Notes: generated by a model from the letters alone, not told the origin. 32,000 bases of DNA from Telmatocola sphagniphila (GCF_018398935.1 NZ_CP074694.1:2100001-2132000), one strand, 5' to 3'; positions 1 to 8,551 are shown, counted from the stretch's first letter. Numbers and translations are program-made.

Positions 1-64
1 GACATGGCCTCAAAAATTTGAACAATATCGAGTTCCGTATCTTTCAGCGCTTCCCGATTCTACA

Positions 65-493
65 ATGGGGCACCAGCACTTCGCCAAACAAGAATACTCT
101 GAAGCTATTGCCTCTTACGATAAAGCCATTGCGATCAACCCTTATGACCCAATAAATTTCGGACACCGCGCTCAATGTCATTTCATAAAGGGACAATTAG
201 ATCTCGCCTATATTGATGCTAGCATGTCAATGCAACTTAATCCGACTGATCCATTCAATTACTGGATGAGGAGTCAATGCTTAAGAAATAGCGGTAAACC
301 CGATCTTGCAGTGGAAGATGCGGCAAAAGCAGTTCTGCTAGATCCCGCTAATCCCAATATGTTCATCGGGCGGGGCACCATCTTTCAAGATTTAGGAAAA
401 ACAGAGGAAGCCAGAGCTGACTATAGGAAAGCACTTCAACTTGATCCCAGTTCGACTACAGCAACTACTTTGCTGATGAAACTTAACACGTGA
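65..493 (+). CDS. TPR-repeat protein (possibly 5'-partial)
   Basis: The 142-aa ORF has repeated 34-aa TPR-like units, for example 'AKQEYSEAIASYDKAIAINP', 'IKGQLDLAYIDASMSMQLNP' and 'GKTEEARADYRKALQLDP'. The reading frame stays open upstream to base 2, so the real start may lie outside the window. The stop TGA at 491-493 overlaps the GTG at 490 of the next gene. Confidence 0.75.
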   Translation: MGHQHFAKQEYSEAIASYDKAIAINPYDPINFGHRAQCHFIKGQLDLAYIDASMSMQLNPTDPFNYWMRSQCLRNSGKPDLAVEDAAKAVLLDPANPNMFIGRGTIFQDLGKTEEARADYRKALQLDPSSTTATTLLMKLNT

Positions 494-2505
494 ACATGGC
501 AGAACGGAATAAAATCGTGGACACATCACCTAGTTCAAGCGTACGACCGATCCTTCTCGCAGTCTCGGAACAAATTCTCGAAGGAAAGATTACAGATGTT
601 CTCAGTGCCTGCCGATTTGAAGGTATAAAAGTCCTCCGAGATTCGCGTTTTGCGACCGCTTACCGCAAATCGAAACGTGGAAACTCTGTTATTGGGTCCT
701 GGGAAAAAGAATCCAGACTTGAACTCAACTGGGAACCCCAGTCGGACTTGGTCAAACTAAATGTTGTGGCGTATGACGCTGCTATTGGAAATCCCAAAAT
801 TCTCGATACTGCAACTTGCAAGGAAATAACCGAAGCATTTCTGCGACTGGTTCAGCCTTCAATTTCACCAAGTTCAGAGGTTGTCCTGATGCCGGGGGAA
901 AGCTCTCTTGGCCCGTCACGAGGTCCGATCAGAGATTATTCTCGTTGCGCACGAGAGGAAGAATTGAGTGATCTTTTCCACGGCGACCTACCTTTAGGAC
1001 GATACGCCTTTGGAAGAACACCACAAGCTTTGCGTCACGGCAAGCCACTTTTCCTTTCTCGTTTTCCGCACACAAACCAGCCGATGATATATAATGGCGT
1101 CCTTCTTTGCGCTCCACAAAATTCTGGCAAGACTGAACTATTGCTGACATGGGCAGCGGCTGCAAATCGTGCCGGATACTCTATTTTCATGATTGATGTG
1201 AAAGGCAATTTGAGATCCAAGCTGGATAGGTTTAAGAATACATGGCGAGGTGAATTATTCCACTTTTCCGTACGCCCTGGAATTGACTCAGCTCGACTCA
1301 ATTTTCTAGCTCCACTCGCATACGGCCAACCTTTAGACTCAAAAAGACTGGAAAGTCTTGCTGGAGCAATATTACCTGCTGAAGGATGGGACGGTGAAGG
1401 TGGTGAGGCGGAAATGTTCTATCAGAGCCGATTATTGCGACTAACGGCTTTTCTACATATACTCAAGTTCCGACACGATTACTGCTATAAGTACATAGCG
1501 AAACGAAATCCAAACGGAAGACCGGGCGATTATTACATACTTTCCGAGGGCACTGCTCCGGCCATCCCTAGTTTGTCAGAATTATATAATTTCGCGACCG
1601 ATGAAGAACTTGTTTGCTTCTGGATTAAGCGCATAGCGGAAGCAGAGAAATCTCTTGAAAGTCTGGGAAGAGGGAAGCTGCTACCAGAAAAAAGGGTTGA
1701 AATGTGGGCTCGCGATATTGCGCCAATCCTTCATCCTGATTACTTACCAGGTATAGGACAACGCCGGGATCCGAAAGTCGGTTATAGAGATCTGACTTAT
1801 GGCGTGGCACTTGCACTCCACCCATTTTCGGAAGGCGTATTATTGGAGAGAACTTCACCTTCTGGATCCGGTAAATTGTTTGATTTTCAAACGTTAAATC
1901 GCAGCAAAAATGAACATCCAGTAAGCTTATTGCTGGAAGTCGGGGAGGATGATCCGAAACAAGCCGCGGCTATAACTTCACTCACTGTACGCGCTCTGGA
2001 GCCGATTCTTCATACTCGGATGCATACACCTCCACCAGGTTGCTCCAGTACAGATGACTGGCAACCGCTTCTGTTGCTGTTGGATGAAACTCGACGAATT
2101 CGAAGCTTCAATCCAATTGAGTATATTACCTTCGCTCGCGAGCGACGTGCAGCCTGTGTTATGGTTTATCAATCACTGAACTTGATTGGAACCGCTGCTG
2201 AAATAGACACTATTTTGTCAAATGTTGGCACGCAAATCTATTTAGGAAAACTCGTCGGTGACACGGCTACAGCCTTCTCCCGGATGCTTCCGAGTGAAGA
2301 TCGAAAGATCTATGTAACCAATGAATCTGATGGAAGTGTGCAGTCACGCTGGGAACCACGGCCAATTCTCACTGCAGCAGAACTTTACCGACTCCCCTCT
2401 GGAAATTGGCCAGCTCTGGTTCACATTCATGATCTACCTTGCCGCAAACCGTTCTTAGTTGATTTGGATCAATCAGTGGTTGATAATCAAGAGAACCAAA
2501 GATAG
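490..2505 (+). CDS. P-loop NTPase resembling type IV coupling proteins (TraG/TraD/VirD4 family), without an N-terminal membrane anchor
   Basis: The motifs occur in the order typical of T4CPs. They are Walker A 'APQNSGKT' (nt 1111-1134), 'FMIDVKGN', 'RLNFLAPL', Walker B 'LLLLLDE' (nt 2068-2088) and 'VMVYQSLNLIG...ILSNVGTQIYLG'. No hydrophobic helix is visible in the first ~200 aa. GTG 490 gives a 4-nt GTGA overlap with the TPR gene; ATG 496 is an alternative start. Confidence 0.7.
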   Translation: MNMAERNKIVDTSPSSSVRPILLAVSEQILEGKITDVLSACRFEGIKVLRDSRFATAYRKSKRGNSVIGSWEKESRLELNWEPQSDLVKLNVVAYDAAIGNPKILDTATCKEITEAFLRLVQPSISPSSEVVLMPGESSLGPSRGPIRDYSRCAREEELSDLFHGDLPLGRYAFGRTPQALRHGKPLFLSRFPHTNQPMIYNGVLLCAPQNSGKTELLLTWAAAANRAGYSIFMIDVKGNLRSKLDRFKNTWRGELFHFSVRPGIDSARLNFLAPLAYGQPLDSKRLESLAGAILPAEGWDGEGGEAEMFYQSRLLRLTAFLHILKFRHDYCYKYIAKRNPNGRPGDYYILSEGTAPAIPSLSELYNFATDEELVCFWIKRIAEAEKSLESLGRGKLLPEKRVEMWARDIAPILHPDYLPGIGQRRDPKVGYRDLTYGVALALHPFSEGVLLERTSPSGSGKLFDFQTLNRSKNEHPVSLLLEVGEDDPKQAAAITSLTVRALEPILHTRMHTPPPGCSSTDDWQPLLLLLDETRRIRSFNPIEYITFARERRAACVMVYQSLNLIGTAAEIDTILSNVGTQIYLGKLVGDTATAFSRMLPSEDRKIYVTNESDGSVQSRWEPRPILTAAELYRLPSGNWPALVHIHDLPCRKPFLVDLDQSVVDNQENQR

Positions 2506-2660
2506 CCTAACGCGGCAGTATAGAAATATTCCAATTCAAAATTTCCTATAATTGAGAGCCATTCGTCCGCCCGAGGTATTTTTTAATTTCCATTTGCTCC
2601 TTTCCCTCCTCCATCGGGCAGTAAGCAGGTGCATCATCCCGAATCGAAACGGAGAGTACC

Positions 2661-2789
2661 ATGGGAATCGACGACGAAAAATTAACTTCCGAGCATCGAC
2701 TTCGACGTATTTCCGAGATACTTGTCAACACCGGTCGAAAAGGGCTCTGTCGCAGAGTTGGTGACGAGCTTTGGTTAGAATGTCTTTAG
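2661..2789 (+). CDS. Hypothetical 42-aa ORF upstream of IS66 tnpA
   Basis: The ATG is preceded by GGAGAG 6 nt upstream. The product is MGIDDEKLTSEHRLRRISEILVNTGRKGLCRRVGDELWLECL. It lies in the more GC-rich stretch that starts near 2620. It is too short to call with any certainty. Confidence 0.2.
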   Translation: MGIDDEKLTSEHRLRRISEILVNTGRKGLCRRVGDELWLECL

Positions 2790-2880
2790 GAATTCATTCT
2801 GACAGGAGTATCCGGTTGGTGAACTCCCTTCTTGTCGGATGAGTTATCCTGATGGTTTTTAACCTTCAGGAGTCGGAGTC

Positions 2881-3228
2881 ATGTCGAAGCGTCGTGTTCG
2901 AGATCCCCAGAGGGAAGCATTTTGGAAGAAAACGATTTTGGATCAGCGTTCCAGCAACGAATCCATTCGAGCCTACTGTCAGCGGCATCGAATCAGCGAG
3001 GCGGCCTACTATTACTGGCAACGGGAACTCAAGCGTCGGGAGGCCGAAGCATCCCCTGCATTTGTTCCGATCACGGTAGTTCCCACTGCTTCCGATTCAA
3101 CAAAGCCGTCCCCGACGATGATCGAAGTCCGCTGTCCGTCGGGACACGTTGTGACTGTTCACAGTGTCGAAGAATCGACTTTCCGAGCCCTCTTCGGCGC
3201 GTTGTCCGCCCAGGAGGTCTCATGTTGA
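2881..3228 (+). CDS. tnpA: IS66-family accessory protein TnpA (orf1, HTH)
   Basis: The 115-aa product contains 'IRAYCQRHRISEAAYYYWQRELKRRE', typical of IS66 orf1. AGGAG lies upstream of the ATG. The stop at 3226-3228 overlaps the tnpB ATG at 3222. Confidence 0.9.
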   Translation: MSKRRVRDPQREAFWKKTILDQRSSNESIRAYCQRHRISEAAYYYWQRELKRREAEASPAFVPITVVPTASDSTKPSPTMIEVRCPSGHVVTVHSVEESTFRALFGALSAQEVSC

Positions 3229-3581
3229 ACTATACTTCGGCGAAGATCCTTCTATGCGTGGCCCCGACCGACATGCGGAAGAGCTTCGACGGTCTGGCGG
3301 CCCTGGCCCGCGAGCACCTCAAAAGCGATCCTCTCTCGGGCACCTGGTTCGTCTTTCGCAACAAAAGAGCGGACAAGTTGAAGCTGCTCTACTGGGACAA
3401 AGACGGCTACGTCATCTGGCAGAAGCGTTTGGAGGCCGGAACCTTCGAGATGCCCAAGATCCCCGTGGATGCGGCCGGTGTATCGATCTCCTCGAGCGAT
3501 CTGGCTTTGATTCTCAGCGGCATCGACCTCTCTTCGGTCCGGCGTCGCAAACGCTTTGAACTCGAACGTCAGGCCGGTTGA
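3222..3581 (+). CDS. tnpB: IS66-family TnpB (orf2)
   Basis: The product starts 'ILLCVAPTDMRKSFDGLAALAREHLKSDPLSGTWFVFRNKRADKLKLLYWDKDGYVIWQKRLEAGTF', the conserved IS66 Orf2 signature. AGGAGG at 3212-3217 precedes ATG 3222. The longer 219-aa track ORF starting at 2922 is an out-of-context upstream extension. Confidence 0.92.
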   Translation: MLNYTSAKILLCVAPTDMRKSFDGLAALAREHLKSDPLSGTWFVFRNKRADKLKLLYWDKDGYVIWQKRLEAGTFEMPKIPVDAAGVSISSSDLALILSGIDLSSVRRRKRFELERQAG

Positions 3582-3653
3582 AAATCTTTTCCGGGAAGCA
3601 AGATTATTGTGTGAATCGGTGAAACTTCTAGCCGCGCCGCGCGTATTATCGGT

Positions 3654-5168
3654 ATGGACAATCCATCCATTCTCGCTGATGCGTCGCTGCCCCAGGATCT
3701 GGCCACCTGCCACGGCATGATCCGCGAATTACTCGCCGCCCACATTCAGCTTCAAAAGCGTACCGAACAACTCGAACACCGCCTCGACCTCTTGCCCAAA
3801 CGCGTCTATGGTCCGAAGTCCGATCGCATTCACCCCGATCAACCCAGCCTCTTCGACGAAGCCGATCTGCCGCAGCCGGCTCCGGCTCTCGAACCGCCAA
3901 GGACCGAAGAGCCGACGAAGAATCGAAAGAAAGGGCATGGCCGCAAAGCGCTTCCCGGGAATCTGCGTCGCGAGACGACGGAGATCGATATTCCCCAAGC
4001 CGAGAAGTGGGCCATCGGCGGGAATTGGGTTCGCATCGGGGAAGAGATCAGCGAGAAGCTCGATTACAAATCTTCCTCGCTTTTCGTGCAGCAACCGATT
4101 CGACCCAAATACGTGATCCACTTCAACGACGGCTCCAAAGATCAATTGAAAGTCGCCGAGCTGCCTCCAGACGCCTTCCCGAAATCGAAGACGGCTCCGG
4201 GTCTAATCGCCGATGTCATCGTCTCGAAGCTGGTCGATCACCTTCCCTTATATCGACAGGAACAACGCTACGCTCGCCAGGGAGTCGAGATCGCCCGATC
4301 TACTCTGTGCGGCTGGCTGGCCGACACCGCCGAAGTGTTGCATCCGTTGTACCAGTTGATGAAAGCCGATCTGATATTGGCTCCGAACCTGCACACCGAC
4401 GATACCACCGTGCCGGTGCAGGACGATCAACTCGATCGTCGTCGAACCGGAAGGCTTTGGACTTACCTGGACGATCGGATGATTCTTTACGAATCGACTC
4501 CCAATCACTACGGGGAGTGGCCCGCCGCCTTCTTGAAAGGATTCCAGGGGTATCTGCAGTGTGATGCGTTCAGCGGTTACAACCAGCTGTTCACTTCCGG
4601 AACGATCATCGAAGTCGCCTGTTGGGCTCACACTCGCCGCAAATTCGTGGAGGCCGAGAAAACTGCCGCAGCGTGGGCTCATGAAGCGGTGGCTCGGATC
4701 AAACTCCTCTATGCGATTGAAGATCGGGCCAAAGGCTTGACCGCTCCCGCACGCGCCGAGCTGAGGCAAACTGAAGCGAAACTGATCTTGGAGTCCTTCG
4801 GCACCTGGCTGGAAAAACTCCAGAAGGAAGTCCTGCCCAAAAGCCCGATCGGAGAAGCGGTCGGCTATGAATTGAATCAGTGGAAGGCACTGAATGTGTA
4901 TATCACCGATGGTCGATTGAGCATCGACAATAACGTAGCCGAGCGCGCGATTAAACCTTATGCCATCGGACGACGAAACTGGTTATTCTTCGGCTCCGAC
5001 AACGGCGGACGAACCTTGGCTATTCTCTCGAGCTTCACCGCCACTTGCCTGATACACGAGATCAATCCCTGGGAATATCTCCGCAATGTCTTGATCCGAC
5101 TGCCGATCACACCGAACGAACAACTTCGCAAACTATTGCCTTATAACTGGGAGAAAATTGACTCTTGA
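3654..5168 (+). CDS. tnpC: IS66-family DDE transposase TnpC
   Basis: The 504-aa product has 'HLPLYRQEQRYARQGVEIARSTLCGW', 'LHTDDTTVPV', 'LQCDAFSGY', 'CWAHTRRKF' and 'SIDNNVAERAIKPYAIGRRNWLF'. These are characteristic IS66 transposase motifs. The ORF is uninterrupted. Confidence 0.95.
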   Translation: MDNPSILADASLPQDLATCHGMIRELLAAHIQLQKRTEQLEHRLDLLPKRVYGPKSDRIHPDQPSLFDEADLPQPAPALEPPRTEEPTKNRKKGHGRKALPGNLRRETTEIDIPQAEKWAIGGNWVRIGEEISEKLDYKSSSLFVQQPIRPKYVIHFNDGSKDQLKVAELPPDAFPKSKTAPGLIADVIVSKLVDHLPLYRQEQRYARQGVEIARSTLCGWLADTAEVLHPLYQLMKADLILAPNLHTDDTTVPVQDDQLDRRRTGRLWTYLDDRMILYESTPNHYGEWPAAFLKGFQGYLQCDAFSGYNQLFTSGTIIEVACWAHTRRKFVEAEKTAAAWAHEAVARIKLLYAIEDRAKGLTAPARAELRQTEAKLILESFGTWLEKLQKEVLPKSPIGEAVGYELNQWKALNVYITDGRLSIDNNVAERAIKPYAIGRRNWLFFGSDNGGRTLAILSSFTATCLIHEINPWEYLRNVLIRLPITPNEQLRKLLPYNWEKIDS

Positions 5169-5318
5169 ACCGAGAAAGGTAAATCGCTCGGTCAGGGCTG
5201 ACCACGTCCTCAGACGAACGGATACGATGCAGCGCCTGCAACTGCGGGATGACGCCGGCCCACATCACCAAAAAAGGGAAACGAAATCGCTACGGAATGT
5301 CTGAAAGCAATCCTAGGA

Positions 5319-5510
5319 ATGCTCGAAACTAAGGGCAGTCATTTTCGCGGAGTCAGCAGGCAGGAAGTGTTGTGGTTTCTAAAATTCGCACAGCTAACTA
5401 GGCAGGAAAAAGAACGTTTTGCTGATAGCGTTTTGAAACTCAAAAATAATTTTAAATCGAACGAATTTCAGACCCCTACTCAAACCATCATAGATTCTGC
5501 TCAACTCTGA
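5319..5510 (+). CDS. Hypothetical small protein (63 aa)
   Basis: This is the only ORF in the AT-rich gap between IS66 and the REC-HPt gene. It has no recognisable motif and a weak ribosome-binding context. Confidence 0.2.
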   Translation: MLETKGSHFRGVSRQEVLWFLKFAQLTRQEKERFADSVLKLKNNFKSNEFQTPTQTIIDSAQL

Positions 5511-5576
5511 AGATAGTAATGTGGATAATCTGGAAGCGTAGTTATCATATTTCCGCTTTATAAAACAAATTCGTTG

Positions 5577-6395
5577 TTACACTCCAAGCAACAAATTGGA
5601 CAGATCCCTTAGTTCCTGAATCAAATCGGATAGCAGATCCAGATCCCGCCCCTCTCGGCAAGCATCCTCTACCATACACGCCGTTTCCGCTATATCGATC
5701 AGCCCGTACATACCGGCGGAGCCCCGAAGCCGGTGAGATGCCTCAGCTATCAAAGATCGATCGTTATTCTCCGCAGCGGCTACTAACTCTGCGACCTTAT
5801 TGGTTAAAGAGTTAATGTAAGCTTCTTGAAGTCTTTGCAGATCTTCGGGAATTTCTTTCCGAATTTGAACCTGTTGAGCCGGTTTCATCGGGTGTATTAC
5901 TACTGTAGGAGCTTTGGCGAGTTGGGATTCGTCAGGGACGAGTTTTTTCAAAAGCTGAGCTATCTTCTCCATGTCGAGAGGTTTAGATAGAAAGCCATCA
6001 CACCCCGATTCCAGGCATTTTTTCTCTGCGCTAGACCTGCTGTGAGCCGTCAAAGCAATAATCGGTTTAAGGTGGCCTCGCTGCCGAAGAGTTCGTGTAG
6101 CTGTATAGCCATCCATCTGGGGCATTTGCATGTCCATCAAAATAAAATCAAAGTCTCCTTTCAAAGCCGCTTGGATCGCTTTTTCTCCTGTGTCTACTAC
6201 TTCTACAAAAAGGCTAGCTTGACGCAAAAAGAAGCAGATAATCTTCTGATTGTCTGGATTATCCTCGGCCAGGAGTACTTTCATCTTTCGGCTGATTTGG
6301 GAAACGCCTTTGATTCGCGAATTGGCCGGCGGAGGGAGAGTGTCGCTGAGTGACGAATCCTTATCGATCAAATCTTCCAAGTCTTCTGAGTTCAC
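5577..6395 (-). CDS. Response-regulator receiver fused to an HPt phosphotransfer domain (REC-HPt)
   Basis: The REC motifs are 'KVLLAEDNPDN', 'FILMDMQMPQMDG', 'IIALTAH' and 'GFLSKP'. The C-terminal HPt motif is 'ASHRLRGSAGMYGL'. GTG 6395 overlaps the upstream kinase stop (GTGA). ATG 6284 (MKVLLAEDN) is an alternative start. Confidence 0.88.
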   Translation of the reverse strand: MNSEDLEDLIDKDSSLSDTLPPPANSRIKGVSQISRKMKVLLAEDNPDNQKIICFFLRQASLFVEVVDTGEKAIQAALKGDFDFILMDMQMPQMDGYTATRTLRQRGHLKPIIALTAHSRSSAEKKCLESGCDGFLSKPLDMEKIAQLLKKLVPDESQLAKAPTVVIHPMKPAQQVQIRKEIPEDLQRLQEAYINSLTNKVAELVAAAENNDRSLIAEASHRLRGSAGMYGLIDIAETACMVEDACREGRDLDLLSDLIQELRDLSNLLLGV

Positions 6396-7186
6396 AGGTA
6401 ACTGTACTGTAAAATTAGATTCCTTCCCTGGCTCACTCTGACACTGATAGTTCCTCCTACTGCCGTCGCGAACCGTTGACAGATACTCAGTCCTAGACCA
6501 GTTCCTCCGAACCGACGAGTAGTCGAAACGTCCGCTTGCATAAAAGGCTGAAAAAGTCGAGAGAGAACCTCTCGGTTCATTCCCGGCCCCTGATCTTTAA
6601 TGACAAACTGGATATTCTTGGAGGCGACACCCGAACTGACGAGAGCAATATGAAATTGGATCTTGCTACCGGAATCGGAAAATTTAATGGCATTCGCAAG
6701 TAGATTATCCAGGATCTGCCTTAGTCGAGTGGGATCGGACGTCAGCATTCTAGGCAAATCGCCCGATTGTATTGCATCGAGCTGGATATTTTTCTCAGAG
6801 GCCTTGACCTCCGCTGCGGAAACCGCTTCGCTGACCACTCGCCAAAGTCGAAACGGAATAATCTCTAAAGCCATCTTTCCGGCTTCGAATTTGGTCAGAT
6901 CCAAAATGTCATTGATTAATGCAAGTAGATGTCTGGCATTCCGGGTTATCGCACGTGTAACTTGAGCTCGTTCACCGGGATTTAAACTCATAAAGGACAG
7001 CATATCCGAGTAACCGATGATAGCACCCAGGGGCGTTCGGAATTCATGGCTCATGTTAGCCAGGAATAAATTCACGGCCTGATGCGCGTTTTCTTGGGGC
7101 TCAGATCTACAATTCGTTTGATGCTGCGAAACGCCTGCACTCTGCTCACCCATGTAGGACACCACTCGTTTGGTAGCGTTCGCCAT
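6392..7186 (-). CDS. Histidine kinase core (HisKA + HATPase_c) with no sensor or TM domain
   Basis: The H-box 'MSHEFRTPLGAIIGYSDML' begins only ~45 aa from the start. The N-box is 'LDNLLANAIKFS', G1 is 'IKDQGPGM' and G2 is 'GGTGLGLSI'. Confidence 0.88.
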   Translation of the reverse strand: MANATKRVVSYMGEQSAGVSQHQTNCRSEPQENAHQAVNLFLANMSHEFRTPLGAIIGYSDMLSFMSLNPGERAQVTRAITRNARHLLALINDILDLTKFEAGKMALEIIPFRLWRVVSEAVSAAEVKASEKNIQLDAIQSGDLPRMLTSDPTRLRQILDNLLANAIKFSDSGSKIQFHIALVSSGVASKNIQFVIKDQGPGMNREVLSRLFQPFMQADVSTTRRFGGTGLGLSICQRFATAVGGTISVRVSQGRNLILQYSYL

Positions 7187-7683
7187 AACAATCGGAACCT
7201 GAAGAGCTAGCTTGGCGTCGAATTACAGAAATCTTGGACAAGCCAACCCGTTTTTCGGAACTCGATGAATCACAGCTCAGGAAAAGACTTGAAAATCACT
7301 CGGACTTGAAAAAGTACTGTGCATTCGGAGGATTGCAAAAATAAACGCTACGGCCAAAGGATATTGTGACTGTTTAGGCTAGCAGAACGGCGATTTCTTA
7401 CATTGAATTCGCACTCAATTCCTATTTCGAGTGCTGATAAAAGCCGTTTGCATGATGTTTATTTTATCTTCTTCTCCCAATTTTCCGTCTTTGAATTCAT
7501 TGACAAATGTGAGTTAGCATCCAATCTTTATGATGTAATTCTGCGTCTCCTATAGAACGTAAATGCCGTGATTTTTTACCAAAACTTAAGATTTCATCTG
7601 AAAAGTTAGGGATCCCAATTTTTGGGATGGGGTTTCAATCCCCTCCGGAATATGGGATATGCTTGATTTTTGAGGAGGTTTGA

Positions 7684-8154
7684 ATGTTTGGATGGCTTGT
7701 TTCTACGTTCACACCATTGCGAGAACCGAGCCCACTCCAAGCAGTCAAATTTGCAATTCGATTTCTCAATTCGAATCCTACAGCTCCCGATTCTGACGTT
7801 ATTGATCACTTGATAAAGCATGGTTGCGAGGTTCTCTCCTCCACGGAAATCGTTCAGATTGTTCCCATCGCCTTCAGCCGATTCTGTTTCCGTAATTACG
7901 GTATTCAGTTTCCGAAAAAGTACGTGTTGATCAACATCAACGGAGCTATCTCAGAACGAAATCTAGCTTCGCAACAAGTTTACGAGGAAGCCTGGCTCCA
8001 TTGTGCGAGGGAAGCCGATGTCGGAGTAAGTCTCGAAGTACTGAAAACAATTGCATGTAGGAGCCAAGAATTTCAAACGATTGAACGCTCCCTTCAAAAC
8101 GGAATCCAACCGGCGAAGATACCAGTGCACTCACCGATACTTTTTGAGAGATAA
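7684..8154 (+). CDS. Hypothetical protein (156 aa)
   Basis: A strong Shine-Dalgarno GAGGAGG lies 5 nt upstream of the ATG. The composition is non-repetitive and I recognise no domain. Confidence 0.6.
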   Translation: MFGWLVSTFTPLREPSPLQAVKFAIRFLNSNPTAPDSDVIDHLIKHGCEVLSSTEIVQIVPIAFSRFCFRNYGIQFPKKYVLININGAISERNLASQQVYEEAWLHCAREADVGVSLEVLKTIACRSQEFQTIERSLQNGIQPAKIPVHSPILFER

Positions 8155-8551
8155 ACTTGAAGCGAAGTTACATCTAATGTAATTAGAGTCGATGGCTAGA
8201 TGAATCTCAAAGTCGCAATAGGATTCGAGGCAATCGCTAAGTTCAGTTTTTATCTCTTCGCCTTGAGCGTATCGACTCCATTCGCTTTCAGGATTGCTCG
8301 GATTTCTCAATTATATGGGTCAAAGTAACCGCTGACCTTTACCGAATTTTCATTTCAAAAGAACTTGCCCAGTTTATTGCCTCTCAGTAATCTGTGCGGG
8401 TGATTTGTACCGTTCCCATGTCTTTTGTCTGTTTCCTGATCGATTTCATGGTCGCTGCAGTAGTGTCATCGCAGTGCCACAATTGATGAGAAACGAATTT
8501 CAATTCTCGTTCTAATAACCATGATCATCAAATTCACGTGAGAGGCTATCT

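Larger units (their letters stand above)
2808..5225 (+). mobile_element. IS66-family insertion sequence (boundaries approximate, termini not resolved)
   Basis: The canonical tnpA-tnpB-tnpC organisation is complete and visibly more GC-rich than the flanks. The only inverted terminal match found is GTATCCG (2808-2814) with CGGATAC (5219-5225). No 8-bp target duplication flanks these points. An alternative left end is GTAAGC at 2621. Confidence 0.5.

Noticed and set aside
2922-3581. 219-aa ORF suggesting a much longer IS66 TnpB.
   Set aside because: Its first 100 codons overlap tnpA in another frame and have no TnpB similarity. The conserved TnpB sequence starts at ATG 3222, which has AGGAGG upstream.
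3164-4890. Numerous 60-185-aa ORFs on both strands inside IS66 (for example 3252-3713 minus, 4007-4564 plus, 4248-4769 minus).
   Set aside because: They overlap tnpB and tnpC, which have strong family motifs. They are Arg/Gly/Ser-rich, as is typical of off-frame ORFs in GC-rich DNA.
5183-5330. Cys-rich fragment 'RCSACNCGMTPAHITKKGKRNRYG', reminiscent of the zinc-ribbon of large serine recombinases. It would join in frame to an ATG at 2780 if 2808-5225 were excised.
   Set aside because: It is only ~25 aa of loose pattern similarity. No recombinase catalytic domain lies on either flank, and no target duplication supports the excision junction. The evidence is insufficient.
7629-7650. GGGG-TTTCAAT-CCCC, resembling a tRNA T-arm.
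   Set aside because: No matching acceptor stem, D-arm or 7-nt anticodon loop can be drawn in the preceding 70 nt.
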